Shown: positions 22,381-33,863, counted from the stretch's first letter. The stretch is DNA of 64,000 bases from Cyanobacteria bacterium P01_F01_bin.150 (GCA_039189765.1 JBCCYL010000004.1:96001-160000), one strand, 5' to 3'. Numbers and translations are program-made. Notes: generated by a model not told the origin, from the letters alone.

Positions 22381-23283
22381 ATGTTTATTAAGCATCGTTC
22401 CGGTACTCTGTTTAGATTTCCAAAGCTGATTCCATGGTTGGGTTTAGTAGTGGGATTATTGACTGTTCTGGCTGGAAGTTGGGTCGGCGGCGCTGCTTCT
22501 GGTGTGCATGCTTCTGAAGTATCGAACCCGTTGGATTCTAAAGCGCTCCCTTCAATAAAGGAATCTCCAGAACTCTTGCCAGTCCCTGCGTCAAACTTCA
22601 TCTTACTTGCCCAGAATCAGACTTCTCCATTACTTCAATTTGGCAGTGAAGGGCCAGACGTTCAGGCTCTGCAAACTCTGTTACAGCTCCTGGGATATTA
22701 CTCGGGCGTTGTAAATGGCAGATATCAAGAGAGTACGGTGACAGCGGTATCAGCTTTTCAAAGCGCTGCGAGTCTGAATGCGGATGGAATTGTAGGTCCC
22801 ACCACATGGGAGCGGCTCCTGCCCTCTATCGCGCAGGTACAGACCATACAAGGTTCTCAGAGTGATGTGGATAGCCCTCTTGGTAATCAGTCTGCAACTC
22901 AATCTGCTAGCTCAGGTATTGGGTCTACTCCCACCGATTCCAATTCATCAGAAGATTCAAATAGCCCATCATCAGTAGAACGTACCGATAGTGCAGTTGG
23001 CAACAGTGCATCGGAGGAGAGGGCTGACTCTACTCCAGCGGCCTCAAGCTCAACAAATGAACCCATCCCAGAGATTAGCCTACCTACATTGAGAATGGGA
23101 ATGCGCGGTCCTGCAGTTCAAAGTTTGCAGGAGCGACTAAGTTCTTTGGGGCTTCTACAGGGGACTATCGATGGAGTTTTTGGTAGCCAAACCGAGGAGT
23201 CGGTTAAATCGGCTCAGCGGTACTTTAACTTAAATCCCGATGGGATTGTTGGGCCAGCTACATGGCGAGTCTTATTGCAATAG
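22381..23283 (+). CDS. Peptidoglycan-binding domain protein (two PG_binding_1 domains)
   Basis: GSEGPDVQALQ...DGIVGPTTW and GMRGPAVQSLQ...DGIVGPATW. Confidence 0.9.
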   Translation: MFIKHRSGTLFRFPKLIPWLGLVVGLLTVLAGSWVGGAASGVHASEVSNPLDSKALPSIKESPELLPVPASNFILLAQNQTSPLLQFGSEGPDVQALQTLLQLLGYYSGVVNGRYQESTVTAVSAFQSAASLNADGIVGPTTWERLLPSIAQVQTIQGSQSDVDSPLGNQSATQSASSGIGSTPTDSNSSEDSNSPSSVERTDSAVGNSASEERADSTPAASSSTNEPIPEISLPTLRMGMRGPAVQSLQERLSSLGLLQGTIDGVFGSQTEESVKSAQRYFNLNPDGIVGPATWRVLLQ

Positions 23284-23685
23284 TTCAAATACTTGATAAA
23301 AGCAAATGTGATCAAGTATTTGAGATTGCGATTGTTTGGATTTCGTTTTATGACGAAACCAAATTAGCGTTAGTAGGGGCGTGAAGTGCCCCCACTAATG
23401 CACCTAAAGTTGATCCCCTGATGATTTTAATATGTTGATTTTGATTAAGACTCTTAGGTCCTGCTATTTTAGCGAACACTTTGGGAATTTTAACTGGGGA
23501 GGCTGAATTTTATGTGGGCGCGAGATATTTCAGGCTAAAATCAACTCTTTTGCTATAACCATACGGAGTTTGGCTTATATCTCAATCTCGTAAAATATTT
23601 TGACCCTGGCAAGAAATTCATTCATCCTTGAGTAGCATGTCTGCTCAACTTATATGATTTGAGTACACCAAGCTTTTAGCCCACC

Positions 23686-25584
23686 ATGATTTTATTTCCC
23701 CGTTCTTCCATGTTCCTTAAAACCTTGCCACTCCTAATGATGGCTGGGGTGATTGGAGATATTGGGATTTCACAAATAGCGATCGCCCAGCCTATCTCTA
23801 GTACGGTAGCGTCTGAGGCTGTGGATCTTGATGCGCCTGGGGCTAGTTTCTCATCTTTTACGCCATTATCTGAACCCCCATCTTCACAGCCTTTGCCGGA
23901 ACCGGAAGTTCCTCAAACATCTCAAGTTCCTCAATTGAATCCTCCTTTGGATGAGCCACCCTCGTCTCAGCCATTGCCAGAGCCAGAGGCTCCTCAGGTA
24001 CCACAGCCACTACCTCAGTTACCTCCGCCAGAAGAACTTTTGCGATCGCCAAGCAATGACGATTTAGATCTGCCCAATGATGTTCCCGACCGAATATTTA
24101 TTGAACGCTTTGATGTTCAGGGCAGCACCGTATTTAGTGCAGAAGAACTATCAGAGGTAACAGAAGAGTTTACTGGACGGGATTTGTCGTTTGCTGAATT
24201 GTTACAGGCTCGCTCTGCGATTACCCAACTCTATGTGGAGAATGGGTATGTTACGTCTGGAGCTTTTATTCCGCCGCAGACGTTAGATGGGAATGTTGTG
24301 GTCATTGAAGTTTTGGAAGGTCGGTTAGACGAAGTCAAGGTAGAGGTTGATGGTCGACTTCGCTCTCGATATATTCGCAACCGTTTAGAATTAGCTGGCC
24401 GGTCTCCTCTTAATGCAAATGAGCTGTTGGAAGGGCTTCAGCTTTTGCAGCTTAATCCCCTTGTCGATACCATTTCAGCCGAATTGGCCGCAGGTGTTCA
24501 ACCGGGGACTAGTATTTTGGATGTGGAGGTCAAGGAGGCGGATACATTTGACGTCAACCTGTTGCTGAATAATGGGCGATCGCCCAGTGTAGGGAGTTTC
24601 CGGCGTCAGCTCCAGATCACAGAACAAAACCTGACTGGATTAGGAGATCTAATTTCTGTTGGATATAGCAATACCGATGGCAGTGATACATTTGACTTAA
24701 ACTATACGCTGCCCGTCAATCCTCGTAACGGAACAGTGAACTTTAGTGTAGGAACAACCAATAGTGAAGTTATTGAGGATCCCTTTGATACTCTTAATAT
24801 CCAGTCTGAATCACGTTACTACGAGTTGACCTACCGCCAACCCATTTATCAAACTCCGTCGAACGAGTTTGCCTTAAGCTTGACCGCATCCCGCCGTGAG
24901 AGTAAGAGTGAATTCTTAGAAGGCGTCATTGAAGATGGCCCCGAGCCGTTTCCTTCATTGGGTGCGGATAGTGATGGTCGTACTAGGATTTCGGCCCTTC
25001 GATTTGCCCAGGAATGGACTCAACAAGGTAGTCAACAGGTGATCGCGGCACGATCTCAATTTAGTCTGGGCTTGAATGCGTTTGAGTCCACGATTAATGA
25101 TGATGCTCCTGACAGTGAGTTTTTTGCTTGGCGAGGTCAGGCCCAGTGGGTTCGACTACTAGCACGCGATACGCTCCTGCTCCTGCGGTCTGATGTTCAG
25201 TTGGCGGACGGTAGCTTGGTGCCATTGGAGCAGTTTGGGTTAGGAGGACAACAAACGGTGAGGGGGTATCGCCAGGACGAACTTCTAACCGATAATGGAA
25301 TTCTCTTTTCTGGCGAGGTCCGCATTCCTGTATTACGGGTCCGAGATTGGGATGGATTGTTACAAGTCACTCCTTTCTTTGATGTAGGTAAAGGCTGGAA
25401 TCTAGACGCAACAGACCCAGACCCTAGCACTTTGGCTTCTGTAGGATTGGGTTTACGCTGGACGATGGGCGACAGCCTTACTGCTCGATTTGACTGGGGT
25501 ATTCCTCTAATTGATGTAGATAATGACGGAGATACTCTTCAGGAAGATGGCATATATTTCTCCATCAACTTTAGCCCATTCTAG
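23686..25584 (+). CDS. ShlB/FhaC/HecB (TpsB, Omp85) transporter
   Basis: POTRA motif ITQLYVENGYVTSGAFIPPQ, GGQQTVRGY, C-terminal aromatic beta-strand. Confidence 0.9.
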   Translation: MILFPRSSMFLKTLPLLMMAGVIGDIGISQIAIAQPISSTVASEAVDLDAPGASFSSFTPLSEPPSSQPLPEPEVPQTSQVPQLNPPLDEPPSSQPLPEPEAPQVPQPLPQLPPPEELLRSPSNDDLDLPNDVPDRIFIERFDVQGSTVFSAEELSEVTEEFTGRDLSFAELLQARSAITQLYVENGYVTSGAFIPPQTLDGNVVVIEVLEGRLDEVKVEVDGRLRSRYIRNRLELAGRSPLNANELLEGLQLLQLNPLVDTISAELAAGVQPGTSILDVEVKEADTFDVNLLLNNGRSPSVGSFRRQLQITEQNLTGLGDLISVGYSNTDGSDTFDLNYTLPVNPRNGTVNFSVGTTNSEVIEDPFDTLNIQSESRYYELTYRQPIYQTPSNEFALSLTASRRESKSEFLEGVIEDGPEPFPSLGADSDGRTRISALRFAQEWTQQGSQQVIAARSQFSLGLNAFESTINDDAPDSEFFAWRGQAQWVRLLARDTLLLLRSDVQLADGSLVPLEQFGLGGQQTVRGYRQDELLTDNGILFSGEVRIPVLRVRDWDGLLQVTPFFDVGKGWNLDATDPDPSTLASVGLGLRWTMGDSLTARFDWGIPLIDVDNDGDTLQEDGIYFSINFSPF

Positions 25585-25682
25585 GAAAGCTTATTAAAGC
25601 TGGAACGAACTCAATGGTGTTGTGGGGCGCGGAGCGCCCCACCACCGCCCTAAAATATAAGCCTAGGAAAAGGATAAATCCA

Positions 25683-25973
25683 ATGGCTAATACGCCCAAC
25701 CAAGAGCAGCTACATCCGCAATACGCAAAAGATCGCCAAATCACGACAACTCTACTTAATGGAGCTGCGGACGATTACAACTTGGCAGAATGCGCTCGTT
25801 TGCGCATTCGTTACCAGGATTTTCCCGGTGCAAGTGATATTCGTGCTGATCTAGATAAAGCCCTTCAAAATTGGGGGCTGACAGAGGAAAATTTATTTGC
25901 TAAGACCCGGCAAATCCACCAGTCCCCAGAAGTCTATCGCAACGTCCGCGCTCGTCGGGACGATTGGAGCTAG
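25683..25973 (+). CDS. DUF3288 family protein
   Basis: EQLHPQYAKDR, NLAECARLRIRYQDFPGA, WGLTEENLFAKTRQIH. ATG at 25683. Confidence 0.8.
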   Translation: MANTPNQEQLHPQYAKDRQITTTLLNGAADDYNLAECARLRIRYQDFPGASDIRADLDKALQNWGLTEENLFAKTRQIHQSPEVYRNVRARRDDWS

Positions 25974-25990
25974 AAAAATCCTGTAAGTAG

Positions 25991-27658
25991 TTAAGGTTTG
26001 TTTAGATGTTGGGCGATGCGTCGGATTAAGACCCATTCTCCTTCTTTGCCTATAGTATCCATGTGTTTTAGGTTTAGGAACTCTAAGGTTTCTTGATTGA
26101 TCAATAGCAGAAGGGAGGGATCTTTGTCCCACCGTTTTTGAATTCTTTTTGGTCCCGCTGGTTGGACATTGTACCCACTATAAAAGTCTAAGGAAGGACG
26201 GTTATAGGGATGAGAGGTCAAAATGTGGAGATTAGCTTTTGAGGGTTCAACAGAGTTTCGAATCATACTAGCAATCGGTTTAACTTCATAATCTTCCCCC
26301 AACTCCCAATTCCAATGATGAGATGTCACAAAAATTAGTAGGCAACAGTAAAATCCCCACAACATAACACTAATAAATTGACGATCGCGCCGTCTTAGCA
26401 AGACTGCCGCGATCGCCATCGTCAGACCAAGTGTTCCTAAAGCAAGGGATAGGGACCAATCAGGCATTCTTGGAGTAGCCAAATCGTTATTCAGATATCC
26501 GCTAAAATAGCCAGCACCAGCCAATCCGATAAAGGCCAGTAGAATTAAGTTGCTTAGCAATATCCATTGATAAATCCTGGAAGGAGTAAGGGTGGGTGAG
26601 AGGCCAGATATGGTTTGCCAAATTCGCTGCAATTCCAGACCAATGATTAATGAAAAAACTGGATAAAAGGGCATTATGTACCAGGGTAACTTTGTTCCCA
26701 TCATTGAAATTAAGCCAAAATATCCGACTCCCCACACCATAATCAATTTGGCCCAGCTGTGAGCTCGATTATTCCACACAACCACTGTGCCCATCGGAAA
26801 AAATAGCAACCATGGCCAACTATATTTCAATAGTTCAACCCCGTAATACCATGGTGGACCACTATGTTGCTCGACTACCTGGGCAACGCGATCTAGTGAT
26901 TGCTTTAAGAAATGGGTATCCCAGAAGATAGAACCATAGTGCAATCCTTGTGCTGCATACCATAACAACCCAGGGACAAAGCCCAGCAAAATGCCTCCCC
27001 ACCAGGGCGGTGCTCGCAGTAAGCGGGGAGTATCCCATCCAATAAAAACCAAGGCGATCACCATCAGGGGAATGGCAATAATTCCTTTGGTAAGGATTAG
27101 GACACTCAAACTTAGGCCAATACCCAACGCCCATGAGAAAGAACGGCGCGATCGCAAGCTACAAAGCAGTAGGCTTAAAAACGCACAGAGGACCATCCCA
27201 TCCAGCATGGCTAGCCGTCCATGACGCACCACAGGTAAAAGAGTTAAGTAGATACTGGCTGAAAAAAAGGCGGTTAGGCGTAGCGGAAACATCTCGCGCC
27301 CTAAGCGATAAAGGAAAAACACCGAAAGGGCAGTGGCCAAAGCTCCTGGTAAGCGTGCGGTCCATTCATTGATACCACCAATTGAGTAGGCGATCGCCAC
27401 CCACCAGTGAACAAAAGGAGGCTTATTAAAGTAAGGCTGTCCGTGCAATGTTGGATGTAGCCACGCATTGTCTCTAAACGATGCAGAAGCGATCTCTTTC
27501 GATACCTGGGCAACTAATCCTTCATCCCAATCCCGTAGAGCGACATCTCCTAAGCCCAAGGTAAAAATAAGAACAGCAGCCACCAGCAGACTCAACCCAA
27601 TCAAACTATCTGACCATCGATCAATTGTTCTTAGCACTTTTACCATAGCTGCCAGCAT
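25991..27658 (-). CDS. GT39/ArnT-family membrane glycosyltransferase
   Basis: LRDWDEG, YFNKPP, ARLPGAL, GRLAMLDG, many TM helices. Confidence 0.88.
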   Translation of the reverse strand: MLAAMVKVLRTIDRWSDSLIGLSLLVAAVLIFTLGLGDVALRDWDEGLVAQVSKEIASASFRDNAWLHPTLHGQPYFNKPPFVHWWVAIAYSIGGINEWTARLPGALATALSVFFLYRLGREMFPLRLTAFFSASIYLTLLPVVRHGRLAMLDGMVLCAFLSLLLCSLRSRRSFSWALGIGLSLSVLILTKGIIAIPLMVIALVFIGWDTPRLLRAPPWWGGILLGFVPGLLWYAAQGLHYGSIFWDTHFLKQSLDRVAQVVEQHSGPPWYYGVELLKYSWPWLLFFPMGTVVVWNNRAHSWAKLIMVWGVGYFGLISMMGTKLPWYIMPFYPVFSLIIGLELQRIWQTISGLSPTLTPSRIYQWILLSNLILLAFIGLAGAGYFSGYLNNDLATPRMPDWSLSLALGTLGLTMAIAAVLLRRRDRQFISVMLWGFYCCLLIFVTSHHWNWELGEDYEVKPIASMIRNSVEPSKANLHILTSHPYNRPSLDFYSGYNVQPAGPKRIQKRWDKDPSLLLLINQETLEFLNLKHMDTIGKEGEWVLIRRIAQHLNKP

Positions 27659-27801
27659 GTCTATCTTAGGAGGGACATCCCTCAAAGAGTTTTTCCTCAC
27701 CTATTTTCAAGTATCAACTTTAGGTGGGGTAGTGTGTAGCGCGAAGCGCCCCACATTTGGTTTCTCCATAAAACGAAACCTCTATTTCCTTTTATGGAGT
27801 A

Positions 27802-28506
27802 TTACCAAAGACGGACAGAGGTAATCGCGATATTTCCCGAAAAACATACATCCACATCAGCACCTTTATCGCGTGGCCGCTGATCATATCGGCCGATAAA
27901 ACACAAGCTCTCTCCATCAACACGATGCTCTATCGGAAGGGGCTGAGTACATAGAGGGCATTCTATAATATCTGGCTCATCGTTGAACTCAGCGCTGTCT
28001 TCTGGCCGAGAAGGTAAATTAACATTCCAAAATGTTCCATCTGGAATGGGGGTTGCCAGCAGTTTATCCAGTACTCGAGCCGTTAGACGACTGGCTCGTT
28101 CCCAGTCAATGGGTTGCTGATTTCGTATGTAATGGGAAATAGCAATGCCAGGAATCCGATGCAAGACAGCTTCTCGCACAGCAGCCACTGTTCCTGACAC
28201 ATACACATCTGCTCCTAGATTTCCGCCAGCATTGATGCCTGACAGAACTAATGACGTGCTGGTCGCAAGATGGGCCAACGCGATACGGGTACAGTCGGCT
28301 GGGGTACCATCTACCGCAAAGGCACGAGAAGAGCGAGGAGTAATCGTCAAAGCCCCGCCTCGGGTCAATTGATGGCTACAGCCCGATGCTTGGCCTTTAG
28401 GAGCAACCATATACACATTAGATTTTCCTGATTGCTCTACTGCCTGCTGTAAAGCGTAAATGCCTGGCGCATCAATACCATCATCATTAGTAAGTAACAG
28501 AGTCAT
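27802..28506 (-). CDS. surE: 5'/3'-nucleotidase SurE
   Basis: LLTNDDGIDAPG, GTPADC, SGINAGGNLG, SGTVAA. Confidence 0.93.
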   Translation of the reverse strand: MTLLLTNDDGIDAPGIYALQQAVEQSGKSNVYMVAPKGQASGCSHQLTRGGALTITPRSSRAFAVDGTPADCTRIALAHLATSTSLVLSGINAGGNLGADVYVSGTVAAVREAVLHRIPGIAISHYIRNQQPIDWERASRLTARVLDKLLATPIPDGTFWNVNLPSRPEDSAEFNDEPDIIECPLCTQPLPIEHRVDGESLCFIGRYDQRPRDKGADVDVCFSGNIAITSVRLW

Positions 28507-28774
28507 ACAGTGGTATTTCTCAAAACAGTATTTCGACAGTATTGTATCCAAATTAAAACTTAAAGTAAGGCAGCTTATTGTCTACCCTAAATCAGAATAA
28601 TCTAAAACTTACATATTTTGTAAGCTTTAGAGGATGTTTGGTTCAACCTGTAGATCAAATAACTAGTTAATTAATCCCTATTAACATATACGAGAAGAGG
28701 ATTAGATCACTTCTCCACGAAGCCATTACCTATGAGCTATCACACAGCAGAGATGTGAAAAGTAAAATATTCGT

Positions 28775-30448
28775 TTACTTTAACAGCTTGAAAATCATCT
28801 TCAGCAATTGAGTTTGATTAAAAGGTTTGGTGAGATATCCGGATGCTTTTACCAATCGAGCTTTAGCGCGATCAATTAGGCCCTTGCTACCTGTAACCAT
28901 GATAATGGGTGTATTTCGGAAATCAGGACGACTCCTTAACAACGCACACAGCTCATAACCATCCAAGTTTGGCATTGTGATATCAAGCAAAATGATGTCT
29001 GGCTTAGCACGCATTAGTTCCATCAGTGCCCGTACTGGATCGTTAATCTTAATAACAGCAAAGCTCTTATCTTCTAAAAATGCCTCAATCATATGCAAAA
29101 TCATAGGGCTATCGTCAATGCAAGCAACCTTATACCTCTTCTCTCCCTGAGGTTTAGAAGAGCCTGGGGAAGAAACTCTGCCAGAAGACGGGTATCCTAC
29201 AGATGGACGAAATACATCTTTTGCTGCTGATGAACGCTGGTTAATTTCTGGTTTATCTTTATCACGGTATAAAGGAGGGTTTTGGGGAATCTTTACAGAA
29301 GGTTCCCTCAGTAGATTAGACTTACTGCCAAGATTAGGAGATGGGGTCTTCTTCTCAGAAGGTGAGCGTAACCCATTACGAGTTTGAGAAGACAATGGAG
29401 GTGGTGAACCAGTTGGAATGGAACCTCTTTGATCTGATGCAGCCATTCCCAGATTGCGAAAATCAAAGGACTGGGTTGCAGAGGCCCTGAATTGGCTTGG
29501 CGATGAGTTCTTAGGCACAGCAGATTGCTGCGATAGATTATTCGAAAAGATCGAGTCGGTTTGACGGTTTTCTGGAGCTGAAAATGAGCGTTCTGAGGGA
29601 CGAAACAGACCTGAGGGACTAGATTTTTCAAATGGTAAGTTTTCAGACTTACCAAGTTCTAAAGGCTTCTCAGCTTTCTCCCTTTCAGCAAAGAGATTAT
29701 TCACGGAAGAGCTAGTTTCACCCTGAGTTGTACCCTCCACATTCAGCGAACGCTCTGGAGTTCCATTAGAAATAGGGGAAATGTGTGAAGGCGAGCGGGA
29801 TAACTCAGCACTTCTTTGCGCAACAAAATCAGAACCTTTAGCTACAGCACCAGAGTCACCAGATTTCAACAGATCTCTCGTTGATGTGTGATGGCTGCTT
29901 TGGCGAACGCTTCCCTGGCGTAGCTGTTTTTGACAGCTCTCAACTAGTGGCCTGAGTTCCAGTATGCAAAGTAGGGGAGAACCCATAAGTTCTGGGCAAT
30001 CAACCATTTCATGAACGCCAGCACGAACCTGCAAAAAAGTTTCAAATACTTCCTTAGCAATTCCAACTAATAAGATGGTAGCTTGAGAAACAGTTATGTA
30101 CCCTTTATCAGCTAACCATCGGATTGCCATATAATCTGGTGGATTCAACCATTCAATATCCTGTTCTTGAACAGTATTAAATAATTGATGTACCTGGCTG
30201 CGAACAGTTGCTTCCAAATTACATGCATCTTGATTCATTTGCCTTAGATGACGTTCAAGTCTCTCAAAGGGGGCGACTGAATTGGACGCATGAACAAGCT
30301 CTCCATTATTTAGATAAATCCACCAAGATGTAGAACCATCAGATACCTTTAGACAACCATTAGCCTTGCGACTACTCATTTGAGCCAGTAAGCTCAAGGG
30401 GTGAATACGCTGAGAGGCTCTGTAGTTATCAATAGAAGTAATACTCAT
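28775..30448 (-). CDS. PatA-type response regulator (PATAN/DUF4388 plus long linker plus REC)
   Basis: N-terminal PATAN-like domain. C-terminal VACIDDS, LLDITMPNLDGYELC, YLTKPF. Confidence 0.88.
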   Translation of the reverse strand: MSITSIDNYRASQRIHPLSLLAQMSSRKANGCLKVSDGSTSWWIYLNNGELVHASNSVAPFERLERHLRQMNQDACNLEATVRSQVHQLFNTVQEQDIEWLNPPDYMAIRWLADKGYITVSQATILLVGIAKEVFETFLQVRAGVHEMVDCPELMGSPLLCILELRPLVESCQKQLRQGSVRQSSHHTSTRDLLKSGDSGAVAKGSDFVAQRSAELSRSPSHISPISNGTPERSLNVEGTTQGETSSSVNNLFAEREKAEKPLELGKSENLPFEKSSPSGLFRPSERSFSAPENRQTDSIFSNNLSQQSAVPKNSSPSQFRASATQSFDFRNLGMAASDQRGSIPTGSPPPLSSQTRNGLRSPSEKKTPSPNLGSKSNLLREPSVKIPQNPPLYRDKDKPEINQRSSAAKDVFRPSVGYPSSGRVSSPGSSKPQGEKRYKVACIDDSPMILHMIEAFLEDKSFAVIKINDPVRALMELMRAKPDIILLDITMPNLDGYELCALLRSRPDFRNTPIIMVTGSKGLIDRAKARLVKASGYLTKPFNQTQLLKMIFKLLK

Positions 30449-31159
30449 TATCTTGCCATACCTAAATATTTAGTAGCTCGTTTTTAATACCTAAGTATTC
30501 CTGCACGAGGAATATACATCAACCGATGGTCAGTATTGCTGCCATCTGATCAAGATTGCTTGCTCGAATGTCACCGATTGGCCAGTCATAATCATAAAAA
30601 CTCTTTTAGCTGTATATCGATTCGTATCAGTCCAACAACATTGACATACAAAATCAAGAAAATTAATTTAGTCTTAAATAATATATTATCTCACCAACAC
30701 TGTGAATAACTAGACCCTGAATAGTTCTGATAATACCTTATGACTCATTAAAGCCTAACATTGCAATGTACAAAATACTGCGCTGTGCGGGTAAAGAGAT
30801 GGTGAAGCTCTATCATTTATGAGAAGAGACTTTGAGGCGCACGGACAATCTCTTTTACTTAACTCCTCATAACTTAGCGATTCGACCCCGATGCCTCCAA
30901 GCCAAGCAGATCATCATAAATTTAATGTAGTGGTGCAAACTTAGACAATCTTGTAGGCCATGCTGAGAGGCATAGACGTTAGGCATAGGCGTCATCGGTC
31001 ACCACCTCAAAAAAACATAAAGTAAAGAGGGGTTCTGAATGTACAATTGGTAATACAAATAGGTTTCTTCTCCATACATTAAGAGTTCTCTACCTGAAAA
31101 CGACGAGCAGCATACAATAGCTTCACACTGCTCTCTACTAATACATTGCGTTCCTAATG

Positions 31160-31244
31160 CAGGGTAGCAACTTTAGGCGGGTAGTGGGGGCGTGTCGCGC
31201 CCACTACCGTTGTTCTTGCTTTCGCCTTAATAACGAAACCCCTA
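31160..31244. mobile_element. ~85-bp MITE-like element (best-preserved copy of a dispersed family)
   Basis: Ends CAGGGT...ACCCCTA flanked by ATG on both sides, with two internal hairpins. Related copies near 8794, 14671, 17428, 23338, 25583, 27711, 38966 and 49371. Confidence 0.7.
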
Positions 31245-31859
31245 ATGAATAAGGAAAATAGCTATTTAAAGCTTTTCATGACATTCATTGAATTTTGGTA
31301 ACTATCTGGGCAGGATTGCTTTTGACCGAGGCTACTATTAGAGATAGGCACTGACATATTAAGAACGCTTACGAAAAAGCGTATATTCCGTAGCTTTGAC
31401 TGGAACCCGTGCCTCCTGTTCTGGTCAACTCAGCGTTATGATATTCGATGAAGGTGATGGCCCTAAGTGTATACTGGACAGAAAATGAGCTGAGTTTTTC
31501 TGTTTAAGGTTTAGTCTTTCGGTCTTACTCAGTTGATATTCAAACCCCTTCAGATGGATGCCTAGCCTCTCTATTCTCCTATCAATGAGGTTTATTGGCA
31601 TTTTATCTTTTTGATATCAATGCTGTGAACTTTGTAAACCCTTAGTAAATGTCTTAAATTGTCTTCGTTCTGTAATAGTTTAGTTAGTTCGACCGAGCAA
31701 ATTCAGTTAGTTTCGATAGATAGTTAGGTTATTTAAGGTCTAGTGCTTTAGGGCACTAGACCTTAGCTATATGATAAAAATGAGTACTACTTAGTGTTCA
31801 TCTCACTACATTGTCGCCTAAAATATGGCATTGCCAGTCTTCTATACCTCTCTCTGTTA

Positions 31860-33086
31860 ATGGTTCAACTAATTTTTGTAATGCTGTCCGTTATTTTAGG
31901 GTCGGCTGTTTGCTCAGGCTCTGAAACTGCGCTGTTATCATTACCGATAATGCGGGTACGTCAGCTTGCTCAGTCAAATAAGCCGACTGCGATCGCGTTG
32001 CTCAGTATTCGGGAAAAAATTAGTCGTCCCATTGCAAGCATTGTTATCCTTAACAACATTTTTAATATTGTTGGCAGTATTGTAGTGGGTCAGGTAGCTG
32101 CAGCTCAGCTAGGCGATCGCTCCTTAGGCATCGTTTCAGGAGTCCTGACATTTTTTATCATTATCTTTGCTGAGATTGTCCCAAAAACATTGGGTGAACG
32201 ATTTGCTGAACCTATTTCTTTGGCTATTGCCTTTCCGCTTAAAACGTTAACCACACTTCTATCCCCCTTTATTTTTCTAGTGGAAAAGGTAACGGCTCCG
32301 ATTACTAAAGGGCGAGTGATTCCCGTTACTAATGAGGCTGAGATCCGTTTTCTGGCTACATTAGGAAAACAAGAAGGCATCATTGAGGACGACGAAGCTG
32401 AATTGATTCAACGAGTATTTCGGCTTAATGATGTAACTGCGGCTGATTTGATGACCCCTAGGGTTGCCTTAACCGCTTTGAAGGGCGCATTAATCTTATC
32501 CGATGTGAAGGCAGATATTATTGCTTCTCCCCATAGCCGCATTGTGATTTACAAAGATGCCATTGATGAGATTGTTGGGATTGCATTGAAAGATCACCTT
32601 TTGGCGGCATTAGTTGAAAATAAAGGCCATCAGTCATTGGCAAGTCTGGTACGTCGGGTTCAGTTTGTGCCTGAAACGATGCGAGCTGATCTCTTGCTAA
32701 GGCAATTTCAGTCTACTCGGGAGCATCTTGTAATTGTCTCTGATGAATATGGTGGCGTATCTGGAGTAGTGACATTGGAAGATGTCTTAGAAGAGTTAAT
32801 TGATGAGATCGTCGATGAAACCGATAAAACGGTAGATTTACAAGCCAGTGCACGTAAAAAGCGAGATCGCCTTTTGCGGTCCCATGGCGCAGCATCAGAC
32901 AAGGGCGACGTTATTGACACTCAGCTACCAATGCTGCCTGCGTCAATCACTGAAGACAAAGGGACTGAACAATTGACTCTTCCCAATCTCACAAATGCAC
33001 CATCATCTGAGTCTAAACGACCAGAAGGTCTAGCATCAAAAACTAACTCCAATAAACCTCTTCACCCTAAGGTTGATACAGACTAA
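31860..33086 (+). CDS. CNNM/CBS-domain (hemolysin/CorC-family) protein
   Basis: SGSETALLS, AEIVPKT, MTPR, HSRIVIY, DEYGGVSGVVTLEDVLEEL. Confidence 0.9.
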   Translation: MVQLIFVMLSVILGSAVCSGSETALLSLPIMRVRQLAQSNKPTAIALLSIREKISRPIASIVILNNIFNIVGSIVVGQVAAAQLGDRSLGIVSGVLTFFIIIFAEIVPKTLGERFAEPISLAIAFPLKTLTTLLSPFIFLVEKVTAPITKGRVIPVTNEAEIRFLATLGKQEGIIEDDEAELIQRVFRLNDVTAADLMTPRVALTALKGALILSDVKADIIASPHSRIVIYKDAIDEIVGIALKDHLLAALVENKGHQSLASLVRRVQFVPETMRADLLLRQFQSTREHLVIVSDEYGGVSGVVTLEDVLEELIDEIVDETDKTVDLQASARKKRDRLLRSHGAASDKGDVIDTQLPMLPASITEDKGTEQLTLPNLTNAPSSESKRPEGLASKTNSNKPLHPKVDTD

Positions 33087-33089
33087 ATT

Positions 33090-33860
33090 ATGGCTAGATT
33101 GGCAAGCAAATTTGGCATTTTAGCCTTTATGGTTCTGGTAGGAGTTGCTTGTCAAGCTAAAACATCTCCTGAGCACCTGACAATGTTGACGTCTCCTGAT
33201 TATTGCCCCTACGAGTTTGTGATTCAGTCAGAGAATGGGAAGTCTGAATTGGTCGGCTTTGATATTGATGTTGCAAAGGCGATCGCCGATGATTTAGGCG
33301 TATTTTTGACGATTGAAACCAGACACTTTAATCAAATACTGCCAGCTTTAGAGCGACAGCAGGCAGATTTTGCGATGGCAGCCATTACCCCCACCCGTGG
33401 TCGGCAAAAAATGGCCAACTTTTCCAACATCTATTACGCCCAAACCATGGCAATTGTCTCTCGTGGGGATCAGCCATTCACTACTTTAAACAGCTTAATT
33501 AATAAAACAGTGGGTATTAGGGCAGCTTCATTTCATGCTCAAGAGCTTGCTCGCTATTCAGACATTCATCAGATAACATTTAGTTCGTCAGATGTTCTGA
33601 TAACTGCGGTCAAGACTCGGCAGGTAGATGCTATTATTCTTGATCAGGCGATCGCTCCTAAGTATGTTACGCCTGCGTCTCAATTAATCTGGACCCCAGT
33701 CAAGATGACAGAAGCTACAGACGGAGTTGCGATCGCTTTTCCTAAGTTGCTGTCCGTTGAACTACAGACAGCAGTGGATGATGCGTTAGTCAACTTGCAA
33801 CAGAATGGCACCATGACTGCATTAATTCACGAATGGTTTGATGGGTATCAGTGCCTTTAG
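33090..33860 (+). CDS. Polar amino-acid ABC substrate-binding lipoprotein
   Basis: Lipobox GVAC, SPDYCPYEF, VGFDIDVA, ITPTRGR. Confidence 0.85.
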   Translation: MARLASKFGILAFMVLVGVACQAKTSPEHLTMLTSPDYCPYEFVIQSENGKSELVGFDIDVAKAIADDLGVFLTIETRHFNQILPALERQQADFAMAAITPTRGRQKMANFSNIYYAQTMAIVSRGDQPFTTLNSLINKTVGIRAASFHAQELARYSDIHQITFSSSDVLITAVKTRQVDAIILDQAIAPKYVTPASQLIWTPVKMTEATDGVAIAFPKLLSVELQTAVDDALVNLQQNGTMTALIHEWFDGYQCL

Positions 33861-33863
33861 TCT

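Noticed and set aside
23868..24000. Duplicated EPPSSQPLPEPE in TpsB
   Set aside because: A common low-complexity linker duplication. The lack of an adjacent TpsA is also unremarkable.
25614..25682. Upstream extension of DUF3288
   Set aside because: It is translated MITE sequence; the better start is 25683.
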